Assembly: GCF_006345805.1 (NCBI RefSeq)
Contig: NC_043011.1
Span: forward strand, 3,534,001 to 3,598,000
Source: Octopus sinensis
Taxonomy: Eukaryota
DNA: 64,000 bases
Direction: 5' to 3'
Below are positions 37,009-50,699 of this stretch, piece after piece (the stretch's first letter is position 1; each line of letters begins with the position of its first letter). The notes below the pieces were generated by a model that was not told the DNA's origin, ran no database searches, and saw only the letters and a list, made by a program, of their open reading frames with translations. The translations under genes were made by a program, and so were the position numbers.

Positions 37009-37550
37009 TGTACAGTCACCGGAAGTAACTTGCACGGACACCGGAAATACATCTGCCACCACCAGAGAAAACAAAGCAACTACCCCCAGCGACTTGCCTG
37101 ACCTTTCATTGCACAAAAGCTACCTACCTGCCATTCTATTGGACACTGGCTAAACATCATTGCTGATATTTTTGTATAAATTGACGTCATAATTTGCTGT
37201 AAAAGCAGTTGGCTTTTTGGCAGTCGACGGAAGAAAATCGTGTCCCTCTCGCCTGCCACGCTCACCACTCATGCCGCCTCGAACCTTTGTACTGCTATTT
37301 CACACCCGAAATAAATTGTTGTATAAACTTACACCTCTTGTCTGCTCGTCCTTTCAACTACTGCTTTCGTCTGTCCAGTTTTGCTAATTACGACCACAGT
37401 CCTTTTCAGGGCTAATTCAAGTCTGATCTGAATGTGATAACAGTCCTCTTTAGGACTATTCTTGGATCGGATCTAATTGCGATAACCGTCCTTTTAAGGG
37501 TTACCCTCAGATCAGACCAGAAGTAGTGGCCAAGAATCATACCCGCTACA
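37009..37550 (+). mobile_element. Solo LTR (542 bp)
   Basis: TGTA...TACA termini, GATG TSD at 37005-37008 and 37551-37554, AATAAA at ~37310, CpG-rich relative to flanks. Confidence 0.82.
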
Positions 37551-39584
37551 GATGTTTAATATAGTAGTAGTACCTTTAGATATCTAACTTAATAAAAATA
37601 CTTAACAGTTAACTCAAGACAACAAAGGTACCTTAATGTGGTCATGTAAATGTTTTAGACATAACAGGCAACTCTCCCTTAAATCACATCTTTTCATGTT
37701 AAAAATAGGGAAAAAAATATATTGGATAGTCTGAAATACACTATGCATGAATAAAAGATGTTATTCATGTCTGGTTGCTAAATATACTATAGGTTTTGTA
37801 ACCCACACTGTGAGTTATAACAATTTGTGTAGGCAATATGTGGGCAAACATAAAAAGGAGGAATATTTCCACTCGTCTTGAAATCTTCATCAGCAGCTGT
37901 CTATGATTTTTAGATATCCACAGAAACATATTTTAGATGCTGAAGTAAACAATTGTCATAACACAGTTGGTGGCTAAAAAGAACTAAAAGAACCTATAGA
38001 TATGTTCTACAGTACATTATAGCAATGAAGTAAACCATTAACACACCTGTCATTTAATTTTCAATCTCACTGTTATAGAAAAGTTAAATAAACAAACTAA
38101 TCAACCTAGTCTACTTAACACTGTAGTAATTTATTATTCGTGGTTGGAATGCCTCTGATCATAGGTCTCTTGAATAGGGATCAACCCAGCTAAAAGGCAG
38201 CTGCACCTACAACTTACAGTTTATAAATCAAATAGCTCAGGTTTTAGTTGTCTAACTGAATGGTATAGCTTATGATTATTTAGCATATCTTGCAGTAAAC
38301 TACTTTAATGCCATCACGTGTGTGTGCTTCTGTGAGTGATTACATCTGAGAAATGAACAATGTGATGAATCACTGACTCATGTGTTATGAATTCCACTGC
38401 AGGGATGTTGTCATAATTTCTTAACAGGTCAGTTATATTCTATCTTAGTTCAAAGGACAAGAAGCAAATTCTTTCAAGAAATTGATAATTTTACCACCAA
38501 GAGACTGGTAGCATCTTCATGAGGTTGATTCATTTCACCAGCTTAATGCTAGAGTTTGTATGGCCGTCAGTCTCAGCTTCGTGAAGACATCGTAGTGAAT
38601 AAGAGAAAAATGGAAAGATTAGTGGGGCGCTGCCAGTCATGGATTTTGGCAGCATTTTTTTTTTTCCTTCTGTGACATTTCCATCTGGTTTTCTATTATC
38701 TATGCTATCATTCAAATGCTATATCTCTCAACACCAGTCCTCTAATCGAGCTGCTTCTTCCTTGACAGTAAAATCATTTATGCCTGATATCAAGTGTAGG
38801 ATTAATATTCCTGATATTTGATTTCAAGTCATTTCTTTGGATTAACTCATTGAGGCACGAAAGCTTTGCTTATAAAATTCTACCAAACTAGAAATTTTAA
38901 AACATTTGAAGCAAAATTAAAATATTTACTTACCTCAGTCTTATACATTTTTTTTACAATTACTTGTATTATGACAATTTTTGCTTAAAAACAGTTCAAC
39001 TTCATTATTGATTCTTCTTTAGTAAAACTTTCAAACTATTTTTCATTCATTTTATCTTTTTTCATAGCTTTTATTGTTTAAAATTGTTTTCTTATTTCCT
39101 TTTTTCAGTAATGATTTTTTTTGCTTTAAAATATCCTCATTCAATATTTATATGTCTTGTTCAAATTTATTATTTTTCAAAAGATATGTGTGTTTAAGAA
39201 GTATAAATGTACTTCACAACCATGTTGTTCCTACTTTCACCAAAACCCTACTGCCACAACCTCAGACTGTTCAATAATACCCACTGAGTGGATATTGGTT
39301 ATGTATGATACATACATACAGATACACGCCCCCACGCACACATACACACACATGCATATACATGTGTACGTGTATGTATGCCATATATCTATACATGTAT
39401 TTGGATGTATATGAAGATATACATACATATAGGTACAATTAAGGTTGTGTGGTTAAGAGGGTCACTTCTAAGCTGTGAGGTTTGGCTCAGTCTCAATGTG
39501 TGACATATTGTGCAGGTGTCAACCCTGGGCCAACCAAACTTTGGTAAATGGATTTGATAGAGAGAAACTGAAAGAAGTCTCTAA

Positions 39585-39989
39585 GGTGCAGGCATGGTTG
39601 TATGGTAAGAAGCTTACTTCCCAACCACATAGTTCCGGGTTCAGTCCCACTGCACGACACCTTGAGCAAGTGTCTTCTACTATAACCTCAGGCTGACCAA
39701 AGACTTGTGAGTGGATTTGGTAGACGGAAACTGAAAGAAGCCTGTCAAATATATATATTTTTTTATATGTGTGTGTGTGTGTTAATAATTGAGTGTCTGT
39801 TTGTCCCCCCCACCCATCGCTTGACAGCTGATGTTGATGTGTTTACATCCCTGTAACCTAGCAGTTTGACAAAAGAGACCAATAGAATAAGTACTGGATT
39901 TACAAAGTATAAGTCCTGGGGTTGATTTATTTGACTAAAGGTAGTGCTCCAGCATGGCAGTAGTCAATTTATTGAAACAAGTAAAAGAA
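39585..39989 (+). mobile_element. SINE family A (diverged), preceded by a decayed partial head
   Basis: GGTTCAGTCCCACTGC...CTTGAGCAAGTGTCTTCTACTATA...GTGCTCCAGCATGG. Confidence 0.88.
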
Positions 39990-40373
39990 TAATATATATG
40001 TGTATATGTATATATTTATGGATGGATAGATGTGTGTATGTATGTATGTATTTATGTATATATGTGTGTGCATGCATGTGTGTGTGGATGTGCTTGTGTC
40101 ATCTAGTTTTGACATTGTACTGTAGCTGTAAACAAGTGTTACCACCATACAAGTGGTGTTTCCAACCTCACATGACAATGTGTCTGGGGATGGGGAAATA
40201 TTCCCTTTCTACGAAACAGGCGAGGGATTGCAACAGGAAGGGTTTCTAGCTATAGAAAATCTGCCTGAGTGAATTTCATCGAATTCAAGGAAAAGTGGGT
40301 TGTTAAAACGATGATGGTGATGATGATTAATTTTTTTAATGTATGAATGTGTATGTCTGTGTGTGTATATATG

Positions 40374-40420
<47 letters not shown>

Positions 40421-40775
40421 ATATATATATGTATATATATATATGTATATGTATATATATATATATGTATATATATATGTATGTGTATATATATACACAC
40501 ACACGCAAACTTATGTTTGTATGTGTGTGCTTGTGTATACGAGTGTAAATTGGTGTAAAAACATTGTGGTATTTAACTCCATCAAAGAGATGTTACTTTG
40601 ATAAATCTAACCATTCAATAAATAGAAATCAATAAAATTAATGGCAGACTAAATATAGGAGCCAATATAAATGACTGAAACTATTAAAACAAGTGCCCCA
40701 GCATTGCCAGTGTCCAATGTCTGAAACCAGTAAAACAACTGAAACAATGTTTGTATACACACATACATACATACA

Positions 40776-40809
<34 letters not shown>

Positions 40810-40915
40810 CATCTATACATACACACACATATATATATATATAATATATATATATATAAATGTATGGATGTATGTATACTTTTACGTATGTGTTTATATG
40901 TGTGTATGTATGTAG

Positions 40916-40959
<44 letters not shown>

Positions 40960-41088
40960 GTATAGCATATGTATGCTTGTGTATGTACAATTAGTATATA
41001 TGTATGTATGTATATATATGCATGTGTGTATGTATATATATGTATGTGTGTATGTATATATATGTATATGTATGTATATATATATATA

Positions 41089-41121
<33 letters not shown>

Positions 41122-41199
41122 GTACATCTCTGTGTGAATAGATACATAATTCTATATATATATATATTATATATATATATATTATATATATATATATAT

Positions 41200-41257
<58 letters not shown>

Positions 41258-41819
41258 GTTCATGCATACACAAACACGCACACACAGAGGAAGACAGAAT
41301 TACTCAAACAATGAGAAGGAGAAACAGAGCCGTACAAGTAAAGACAATTGAAATGTCAACACTGTAAATGGTAATGAGGAGAATTACAGACATGAGGGTG
41401 GAAGAACATAATTCACATAAAAGTCTGCACATAATATGTGTGTGTGTGTATGTGTGTATGTGTGTGTATCTATTTGGTAATTTTACAACTAATAGATTTT
41501 CATTATCATATATATACATTTTCGCATCATTTAAAATTTAAATTCTAATGTTATCAATTAATTTCATATGAACAAATATATGAATATTTGTATTTGTTCT
41601 CTTCTGTTTTTATTTACTTGAAGTGTTCCTGTACAGAAGGAGCTGGTTTCTAACAAAGATTCACAGCTCCATCATTGGATTGTAGATGGCAAAAACATCA
41701 AATTTTGAAATTAAGAGAAGTCTTGCGTAATTTTACTATTCAACTTACAGGCTTTACCAGATTATTGCTTAGAAATTTAGTCAGAAAACCAAGAGCACCA
41801 ATTATTATTTGTATAAATA

Positions 41820-42237
41820 TGTGCTTCTGTGCCGGTGGCACATGACCTGCTGTGCTTGAGGAGACCTATTGAGTCAAGTACATCAATATCAAAATGAATA
41901 TCAAATGGAAATAGTAGTTGTGATACCTGTGCCAGTGGCACGTAAAAAGCACCATCCAAACGTGGCTGATGCCAGCGCCGCCTTGACTGGCTTCTGTGCC
42001 AGTGGCATGTAAAAAGCACCAACCAATCGTGGCCACTGCCAGCCTCCCCTGGCATGTAAAAAGCACCCACTACACTCACGGAGTGGTTGGCATTAGGAAG
42101 GGCATCCAGCTGTAGAAACACTGCCAGATCAGACTGGAGCTTGGTGCAGCCTTCTGGGACTTCCCAGACCCTGGTCAAACCGTCCAACCCATGCTAGCAC
42201 GGAAAACGGACGTTAAACGATAATGATGATGATGATG
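41820..42237 (+). mobile_element. RTE 3'UTR-derived element with (GAT)n tail
   Basis: Ends GGAAAACGGACGTTAAACGATAATGATGATG. Confidence 0.88.
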
Positions 42238-42535
42238 AAGCTGCTATATAGGTGCAGAAGCAAAGGTTTCGATGTAGTTGTTTGTAGTTATCTTTTTTCT
42301 CTTTGATTTGTGAAGAGGTATTTACGTGAGCAGGGCAGCTGGCTATTTTAATATCACATACTCAGTATGATTCCATTCTTTCAATATAGCCAACTGAGGG
42401 ATCATTTTTGGCTACTTTATGACAATCAAATAAGTCTTTATTGAGTTAATAAGTCCACATGAAATAGATTTATGATTGTGGCTCTTCTTATAACTACTTA
42501 TAAAAATATTTTGTCTCCCATTTCTGGTATTTCTA

Positions 42536-42567
<32 letters not shown>

Positions 42568-43067
42568 GATGGATAGATGTGTGTATGTATGTATGTATAT
42601 ATGTGTGTGCATGCATGTGTGTGTGTGGGTGTGCTTGTGTCATCTAGTTTTGACATTGTACTGTAGCTGTAAACAAGTGTTACCACCATACAAGTGGTGT
42701 TTCCAACCTCACATGACAATGTGTCTGGGCATGGGTAAATATTTTTTTTCTATGAAACAGGCGAGGGACTGCAACAGGAAGGGTGACTTTGTTGATTTGT
42801 TTCTCATCTGTGATGTTTCGTTTTGGTAATTCTTCAGTGAAGTTGTGCCATTATTTCCAGTCATATCGTTTGTGGTAGATTCCTGCAAAGAGGATTCATG
42901 TTTGAGATGGACATCCTTACAGTTTTGATGAAATGTGGCATTAATGTTGGAAAGGTATTCATCAGATATTAAATGAATTGTCTCCTAACTAGATAAATGA
43001 CTGTCCTCAACTAGTAGTTTCTTGATGTGTTTGTTTGCATATTTGTTGTATGTATATATGTATGTAT

Positions 43068-43420
43068 GTATGTCAGGTCACTTTCAAGTGCTACTGGTAA
43101 CATGTAACCCAGTACAACCTGTTGCATGGTCGGGTCGTCGGCGACTAAACCGGCAATCCCACCAAGCTAGCTTGGTGAGGAAGGTGTTTATTGGACACCC
43201 TGCGGGATGAAAAACAAAACCCATCAAAGGGCGGAGGAACTCTTGAGAGTCAACAGCCATCCAATAAATGTCTTAAGGCTGTATCATGCACGGGGACATA
43301 GAAATAATTGGACCGAATACCCGATCACGTGGTTAAACCATTGGCAGTGAAGAACTCCTAGCCTTTGTTAGGGCATCCTTCTAGGAGAAGGTAACTCAGG
43401 TAACTGGGATAACTCTAACA
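43068..43420 (+). mobile_element. GC-rich structured repeat fragment, possibly an RTE/LINE 5'UTR
   Basis: CpG-rich; hairpins TACTGG/CCAGTA and palindrome CACCAAGCTAGCTTGGTG; family assignment is inference. Confidence 0.35.
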
Positions 43421-43497
43421 TACTATTGTGACCACATGATCAAAGTTGGAGCCTGTTTGAATCATTTTTCTTTCTGGCTTTCTTTCTCAGTGTAAGC

Positions 43498-44400
43498 ATG
43501 GCCAATCCATTAGCAATGTGCACTAACGAAGAACAAAGAGCAGTGACCCAATTTCTCTGGTTGGAAGGTGTGTCTGGACGTCCGTCAATCTCCACCACTG
43601 ATGAGAAGATTCAGCAAGCTTGAGAGATGGTAATGGTGAACCGGCAAGTTACCATCAGTGAGGTAGCTCATTCTCTGATATGCAGTCATGGTTCTGTTTA
43701 TCAAGTTATCCACGATGAGCTCAGCCTCCATAAAGGCTGTGCAAGATGGATGGCAAGAGAGCTTGCTGCAGAGCAAAAGAGCAAACATCTTGAAGTCTGC
43801 CAATGTTTACTCGATCACTACAACAATGAGGGCAAGAAATGTTTTGCAGAATGGTCACTGGAGATGAGACATGGGTCCATCGTTATGAGGTAGAATGCAA
43901 AAGATAGAGTATGGAGTAGAAACATCCTGGTTTGCCAGCGATGAAGAATTTCAAAACTCAGTCTTCCACAGAAAATGTGATGCTAACCCTGGAAAAGCAG
44001 TGTACGATCAAGAGTGCAAGATACAGTGCTTTGTTGACCAACAAACTGAAACCAGCAATTCACACCAAATGCCAAAGCCTATTGCTGAAGAAAGCTCTGT
44101 TGTTGCATGACAATGCACATCCACACAGGGCTACCAGACTGTTGAAACCATTAACCAATTGGATTTTGAGGTGCTGGAACTGCCTGCATAAGGCCCAGAT
44201 CTTGCACCTTCCAGCTATTATATCTTTGGACCACTCAAAGATGGTTTAGAAGGTCGTTGGTGTCCGACGGATGAAGGTGTGAAGAAAGTGGTGCATAAAA
44301 GGTTGCATGACCAACCAAAGACCCTTTTATTGGAGGGAATATACAAGCTTGTGGACCCCTGGACCAAGTGCCTCGAAAAGGAAGGAGACTAATTAGAAAA
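43498..44400 (+). mobile_element. Decayed mariner transposase
   Basis: MANPLAMCTNEEQRAVTQFL, RWMARELAAEQK (WVPRxL), LLLHDNAHPH, PDLAPS; frameshifted. Confidence 0.85.
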
Positions 44401-44437
44401 ACAATGTACTTATTTATCCCCTGCTTTTGTGTAACTA

Positions 44438-44844
44438 CTCTTTTACTCTTTTACTTGTTTCAGTCATTTGACTGCGGCCATGCTGGAGCACCGCCTTTAA
44501 TCGAGCAACTCGACCCAGGCACTTATTCTTTTGTAAGCCCAGTACTTATTCTGTCGGTCTCTTTTGCCGAACCGCTAAGTGATGGGGACGTAAACACACC
44601 AGCATCGGTTGTCAAGCAATGCTAGGGGGACAAACACAGACACACAAACACACACACGCATATATATATATATACATATATACGACAGGCTTCTTTCAGT
44701 TTCCGTCTACCAAATCCACTCACAAAGCTTTGGTTGGCCCGAGGCTATAGTAGAAGACACTTGCCCAAGATGCCACGCAGTTGGACTGAACCCGGAACCA
44801 TGTGTTGGTAAACAAACTACTTACCACACAGCCACTCCTGCGCC
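44438..44844 (-). mobile_element. SINE family A
   Basis: Full-length copy. Confidence 0.92.
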
Positions 44845-45509
44845 TACATTGAAAAACCAAGGGTGCATACATTTTCTGACTATCTCTCATATATATGTGT
44901 ATACCATGTGTTTACATAACCATCTCAAATACTGATCTTCGTTAATTAGATTGTAAATAGTTAATTAGATTGTACGAATCAGTCTGCTCAGTTTTTGTCT
45001 TGAGTGCTTATCCCAGTATTTCCATATTTTTGTTGCGTTTTTTTTTTGTTATTTTTTTATGCTGATCCGTTATGTAGCCCAGCAGACCTATAACAATAAG
45101 GGGAAATGAAAATCTATAGCCAAGATATATGATCAGTAGATTTCTCATGAGTTCTTCGTAGATGTCCTTCTTTACCTTAACTGACGATATTTTTGTCTGC
45201 CAGGCAGACTAATCTCTACAGTAGTACATGATTTTTGTTCACTGACCCATGCAACAATAACTGGCCTGTTATACATACACACTATTACTGTTTTTATTGT
45301 ATACATAAGCATACATACATAAATACACTCACATATACATACACACATATATACACACACACATATGCATACATGTACACACATGCACACACACATGAGA
45401 GGGTGTACAAACATACAAACATAAAAACGCATTATTTATGGGATGACCCAATATCTGCATATATATATATATATATATGCATGTGTGTAGACATACATAC
45501 ATATATATA

Positions 45510-45549
<40 letters not shown>

Positions 45550-45604
45550 TATATAACAATAATAATAATGTATGTATGTATGTATGTGTGTATGTATGTC
45601 TGAT

Positions 45605-45637
<33 letters not shown>

Positions 45638-45935
45638 TTGTATGTATGTGTGTATGTCTGTATGTATGTATGTATTATATATGTATTATGTATGTATGTA
45701 TGTATGTATGTATGTATTTTTTTACTATCTCTCATATATATGTGTATTCCATGTGTTTACAAAACCATCTCAAATACTGAAATAGTTGGTGTGGATCTAT
45801 GTGTCTGCATGTGAATAAACTTACACCCATAGTGGATCTGCGTGTAATGCTTGTACGCAAGTATGTGTGTCTGTCATTAATAATAGCAATAATAATAATA
45901 ATAATAAAATATATACATACAATATAAGATATGTA

Positions 45936-45985
<50 letters not shown>

Positions 45986-46209
45986 GACAAAGGCACAACA
46001 TGAGCACCTACATCGTTAGAAATAGAAGTCAAAAATACTTCAGTACCACAGAATAATCACAAATTTACTACAAGCATGGTAGGAAAAAATTCCAGTGAAC
46101 ATTAAAACAGTCTTACCTCTGCAAGCAATACTGGTCAACTTGGTACTTCTATTCTTAGCACTGTAGGTGCTCATGTACTGCCTTCGTGCATGTATATATA
46201 TATATATAT

Positions 46210-46328
46210 ATATATATGAAAAAACAAGTCAAAATAGAAAATGCTAAAATAATTTTATAAAGAACCTGAAATGTTCTTTATAAAATTATTTTAGCATTTT
46301 CTATTTTGACTTGTTTTTTCATATATAT
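46210..46328. repeat. Perfect 56-bp inverted repeat with 7-nt loop inside (TA)n
   Basis: 46218-46265 is the exact reverse complement of 46273-46320, plus 8 bp of TA on each side; loop CTGAAAT. Confidence 0.95.
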
Positions 46329-46358
46329 CAACTCGTGTGTTCCTTTTCACCCTTATAC

Positions 46359-46406
<48 letters not shown>

Positions 46407-46619
46407 TTATGATACAGATGAGGAAATAATTTTATTGTCAAACACAGGCTAATGCTAATAATATAGCATGAACGGGATAAACTACGTTTATGAATAAAAT
46501 TATTTCTTTATCTGTATTTTTCTATACATCTCAAAGCTTCCAAAGCAAACTTTATTTGTTGACTTTCAACATAAGTTGAATTTTATATATGTGTATATAT
46601 ATATATCATCAGCAGCAGC

Positions 46620-46800
46620 AGCATCGTTTAACGCCCGCTTTCCATGCTAGCATGGGTTGGACGATTTGACTGAAGTCTGGTGAAACAGATGGCTGCACCA
46701 GGCTCCCCAGTCTGATCTGGCAGAGTTTCTATGGCTGAATGACCTTCCTAGCGCCAACCATTCTGAGAGTGTAGTGGGTGCTTTACGTGCCACCAGCATG
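46620..46800 (-). mobile_element. RTE 3'UTR-derived element
   Basis: CATCGTTTAACGCCCGCTTTCCATGCTAGCATGGGTTGGACG... Confidence 0.85.
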
Positions 46801-47069
46801 AGTATTTATTTTATCAACCCCGATAGGATTAAAGGCAAAGGCAACCTCAATGGAATTGAACCCAAAATATAAAGATGGGATGAAATGTTGCAAAGCATTC
46901 TACTTGGCATGTTAATGATTCTACCAGCTTGCACCTTTATTGACATCAAAAAGGCATCAAATCAGCAATTGGACTGTCTGGAACTTGTAGCCAATGAGCA
47001 ATACTATAGGTTACCAAATGTGACTCATCTATGTGATATTGTATTTCTCATAACTCACTATATATATAT

Positions 47070-47360
<291 letters not shown>

Positions 47361-47367
47361 AATAAAT

Positions 47368-48258
47368 ATAAGGGGTGCAATGGATAAATTGCTGCCCTTT
47401 ATATTTTTTATTTTATACATGTGCATTGTTTGTTTTTGATTTTGCTGACTACATAGTATAGTAGGGTCAGTTGGGCACCATCTGTGAGAAAAACAGGGCC
47501 ATGACACAATTCATTCTGCCAGAAATTTGGAAACAACTTGCTGTACTGCTTGGCACTTGCACTGGAAGCTCCAATACGAACATGTCAGAGTGTTTTCAGT
47601 GTCAATGTGAGGACAGTGCAATCTGAGGACATGTACCGAGAGTGATAAAAATCAAACATCCAGTCAGCATCATGGCATTTGGAGTGATCACTATTGATGA
47701 TGAAGTTATGCCTCCATTCATCTTCCCACATGGCCTCAGACTCAACATGAAGGCCTGCATCAAGTGCCTGGTGGAGGCAGTGCTGCCCTAGGTGAAGAGG
47801 GTAGCTTCTGGAAGACCCTACGTCTGGTAACAGGACTCTGCATCATGCCACACAAGCAGGAGAACCCAGTCATGGCTGTCAGACATTTTCTGCAAAATCA
47901 CACCTAACATCTCACCACCTAACTCCCCAGACTGCAACCCTCTTGATTATTATGTGTAGGGTGCAGTTGAGCAAGAAACCAACAAAACTCCTTGTAATAT
48001 AAAAGATTAACTAAAGGCAAAGATTATGGCAGCATTCACTAATTTAAACAAAAAGTCTGTCCAGAAGAGTTGCAGAAGATTCTGAAGTCGTCTGGTGACT
48101 GTAGTTGAAGCCAATGGCGATTTTATTGAACAAATTTACTCTTTAGTATTCCAAGATATTTTTACATAATTTTGGCAAATATATCTGTTAAAATGAAATG
48201 TCAGTATTATTTTCATTTTTGTGTAATTTAGATGACAGATTATTCACTGCACATTCTA
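47368..48258 (+). mobile_element. Decayed Tc1/mariner of the maT (DD37D)-like group
   Basis: MPPFIFPHGLRLN...QDSASCHTSRRTQSWLS...PPNSPDCNPLDYYV; degenerate TIRs with TA ends. Confidence 0.8.
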
Positions 48259-48295
48259 TATATGTATACATGTACATATGTATATATATATCTAT

Positions 48296-48362
<67 letters not shown>

Positions 48363-48835
48363 CATATGTACATATATATATATATGTGTATGTATGTATG
48401 TATGTACACACACATGTTCATACACACACACACACACATAACACACATAGACATATTTGTTTAAAATAAACTTAGTTTGTTTCGATTTTATGAATACATT
48501 TTCAGATATGAAATTAATTTCTGAAATTATTGGTTTACTCAGCTTTATACAAGAGAGAAAATATGATAATATAATTTATTTACAAATGATCATTTTTATT
48601 TGTTAATTGAACAAAACTGTTAAATGTGATCCAATAATACCAGATTTCTGTTGTGATTCTTATTTAACAACAAGCTCAAATTCTTAATTATCAAATTTCA
48701 TAACTTCATAACTACTTCAGTTTTTTATTTATTTCTTTTTATTTTTATTTGCTCTTATTTAAATCTCTTTCTAGAAATGCTGTCATTAGAAAAATTATAT
48801 TTTAGTAGAGCAGCTTAATCAGCTTTTTGTTGCTG

Positions 48836-49240
48836 ATTCAGCTGTGTGGTAAGATGCTTTATTCTCAACCACATGAGTCCAGGTTCAATCCCACTGTGGC
48901 ATCTTATACATATGTCTTCTTCTATAGCCTCAGGCTGACCACAGCTTTGTGAGTGGATTTGGCAGATGAAAACTGAAAGAATCCCATTGTATATATGTAT
49001 ATCTACATATGTGTGTCTTTGCATCTGTGGTTGTCCCCTACCACTGCTTGACAATTGGCATTGCTGTGTTTACATCCCCATAACTTAGTGGTTCAGCAAA
49101 AGAGACAGTTAGGATCAGTACCAAGCTTTAAAAAAAAATGATAAAAGTACTGGAGTCCATTCATTCACATAAAAATGCTTCAAGGCAGTGCCCCAGCATG
49201 GCCACAGTCTAATGGCCGAAACAAGGAAAGGACTAAAGAT
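48836..49240 (+). mobile_element. SINE family A (old, diverged)
   Basis: GCTGTGTGGTAAG...GGTTCAATCCCACTG...GTGAGTGGATTTGG...GTGCCCCAGCATGGCC. Confidence 0.82.
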
Positions 49241-49574
49241 AAAGATTATTTAGCTATAATGAAAGAAAGAAACATTTTTTTAATCTTTTTGTCACCCCAA
49301 TCAAGCAAGTTTTTGTATCTTATGAAGCACAAAACACAGTAACTGTACTGAAATGGTAACTTAATGTAAGGCTTTTGAGAATGGTGTGGAAAACAAGGGA
49401 AAACACACCATTGATAATTACTGCAGTAGGAAGTAGCTAACAGCAATCAGAGACCTGATCCAAATGAGTGCAACAGAATAGATATTATTAGTTTAAATGA
49501 GGATAGAATTACAGGAGTGCCTGACAAGATACCTTGAAGTATTTAGTCAAATTTCTTTTAATTTTGGTTTGGTC

Positions 49575-50060
49575 TCTGTAGCTGGATGCCCTTCCTAATG
49601 CCAACCACGCTACAGTGTGTGCTGGGTGCTTTTAATGTAGCACAGGCACAGAACTCTTGCAGGCCAATCCTCTTCAGCAATGGGGAGTGGCCTTAACACT
49701 TCTGCTGTAGAGGACAGGTCTTCATGCATACAGCGAGATGCCAAGTATATCAACTCTTTTTCATCTTACCTGAAAGGTTCAGTGTCCTAAGTTTATCCTT
49801 CAGTACCCATCCCCATGTCTTCCTGGGTCTTCCTCTTCTATGGGTTCCATGACACTTCATCAAGGAATCCATCCACATCACATGACCAAACCAGTGCAGT
49901 CTTTCCTCTTGCACACTGCATCTTATTCCTCTATATTTAACTTCTCTCTCATTATACTAACACTCTGTTACATATGTACACTTACTTTACACATCCACAG
50001 AGCATAGTAGCCTCGTTCCACTCTAGCCTTCACATGTCTTCTGCATCCAGGGCCGTAATT
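49575..50060 (-). mobile_element. RTE LINE 3' remnant
   Basis: Decayed RRLHWFGHV..GRPRKTW-like region plus 3'UTR motif GCTGGATGCCCTTCCTAATGCCAACC. Confidence 0.7.
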
Positions 50061-50699
50061 CAGATAGCGAGTCTTCAATAGATCCAGCTTTGTGGTAGTC
50101 ACTAAAGGAGAAGAAACTCGAGTAATAATTGTTTATGACTGTCTCTATCACTTTTGAGTTATTGGAAGCCGGAGTGATAGATCAGTACTTAGCAAGGTCA
50201 AATAGGTTACCCTTTTCAGGAAACGGATTTACAGTTGTGAACTGCAATCAATTAGGGCACATACTTGAGAGAGAATCGCTGAAGAGTTTATTCAAAATAG
50301 GAGATAGCTAAGGAGCAAATTAATTTATGGTTGAGAGAAATTGAGTGGAAAATATTTTGCACTCAATGAATGTATGTGCGAAGCCATTGAGGCAGATGTA
50401 CTTGTGCACAGAATGAATTCAGATATTTTGTTGTGAATACAGAACAGAATTAGGAGAAAGGCAGGTAACAAACGTATGGCCTTTGTTGATAAGTGTGCTG
50501 TTTACAGAGACAGATTAAATAACTACTTCGCTATTCCTGACTTTTATTACTATTGATGTCTAAAAGTTTTCATATTGCAACTCAGCAGAGTCTAACAAAC
50601 TCTCAACAAAATAATTTCATCTTTACTCATACACACACACACTCACACGCACGCACGCACGCATGCACGCACGCACGCACACACACATACACACACATA

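Noticed and set aside
46395-46515. Imperfect 25-bp inverted repeat (ATACAGAT..GAAATAATTTTATT / AATAAAATTATTTC..ATCTGTAT)
   Set aside because: Short, AT-rich and degenerate; no ribozyme core or TSD could be established
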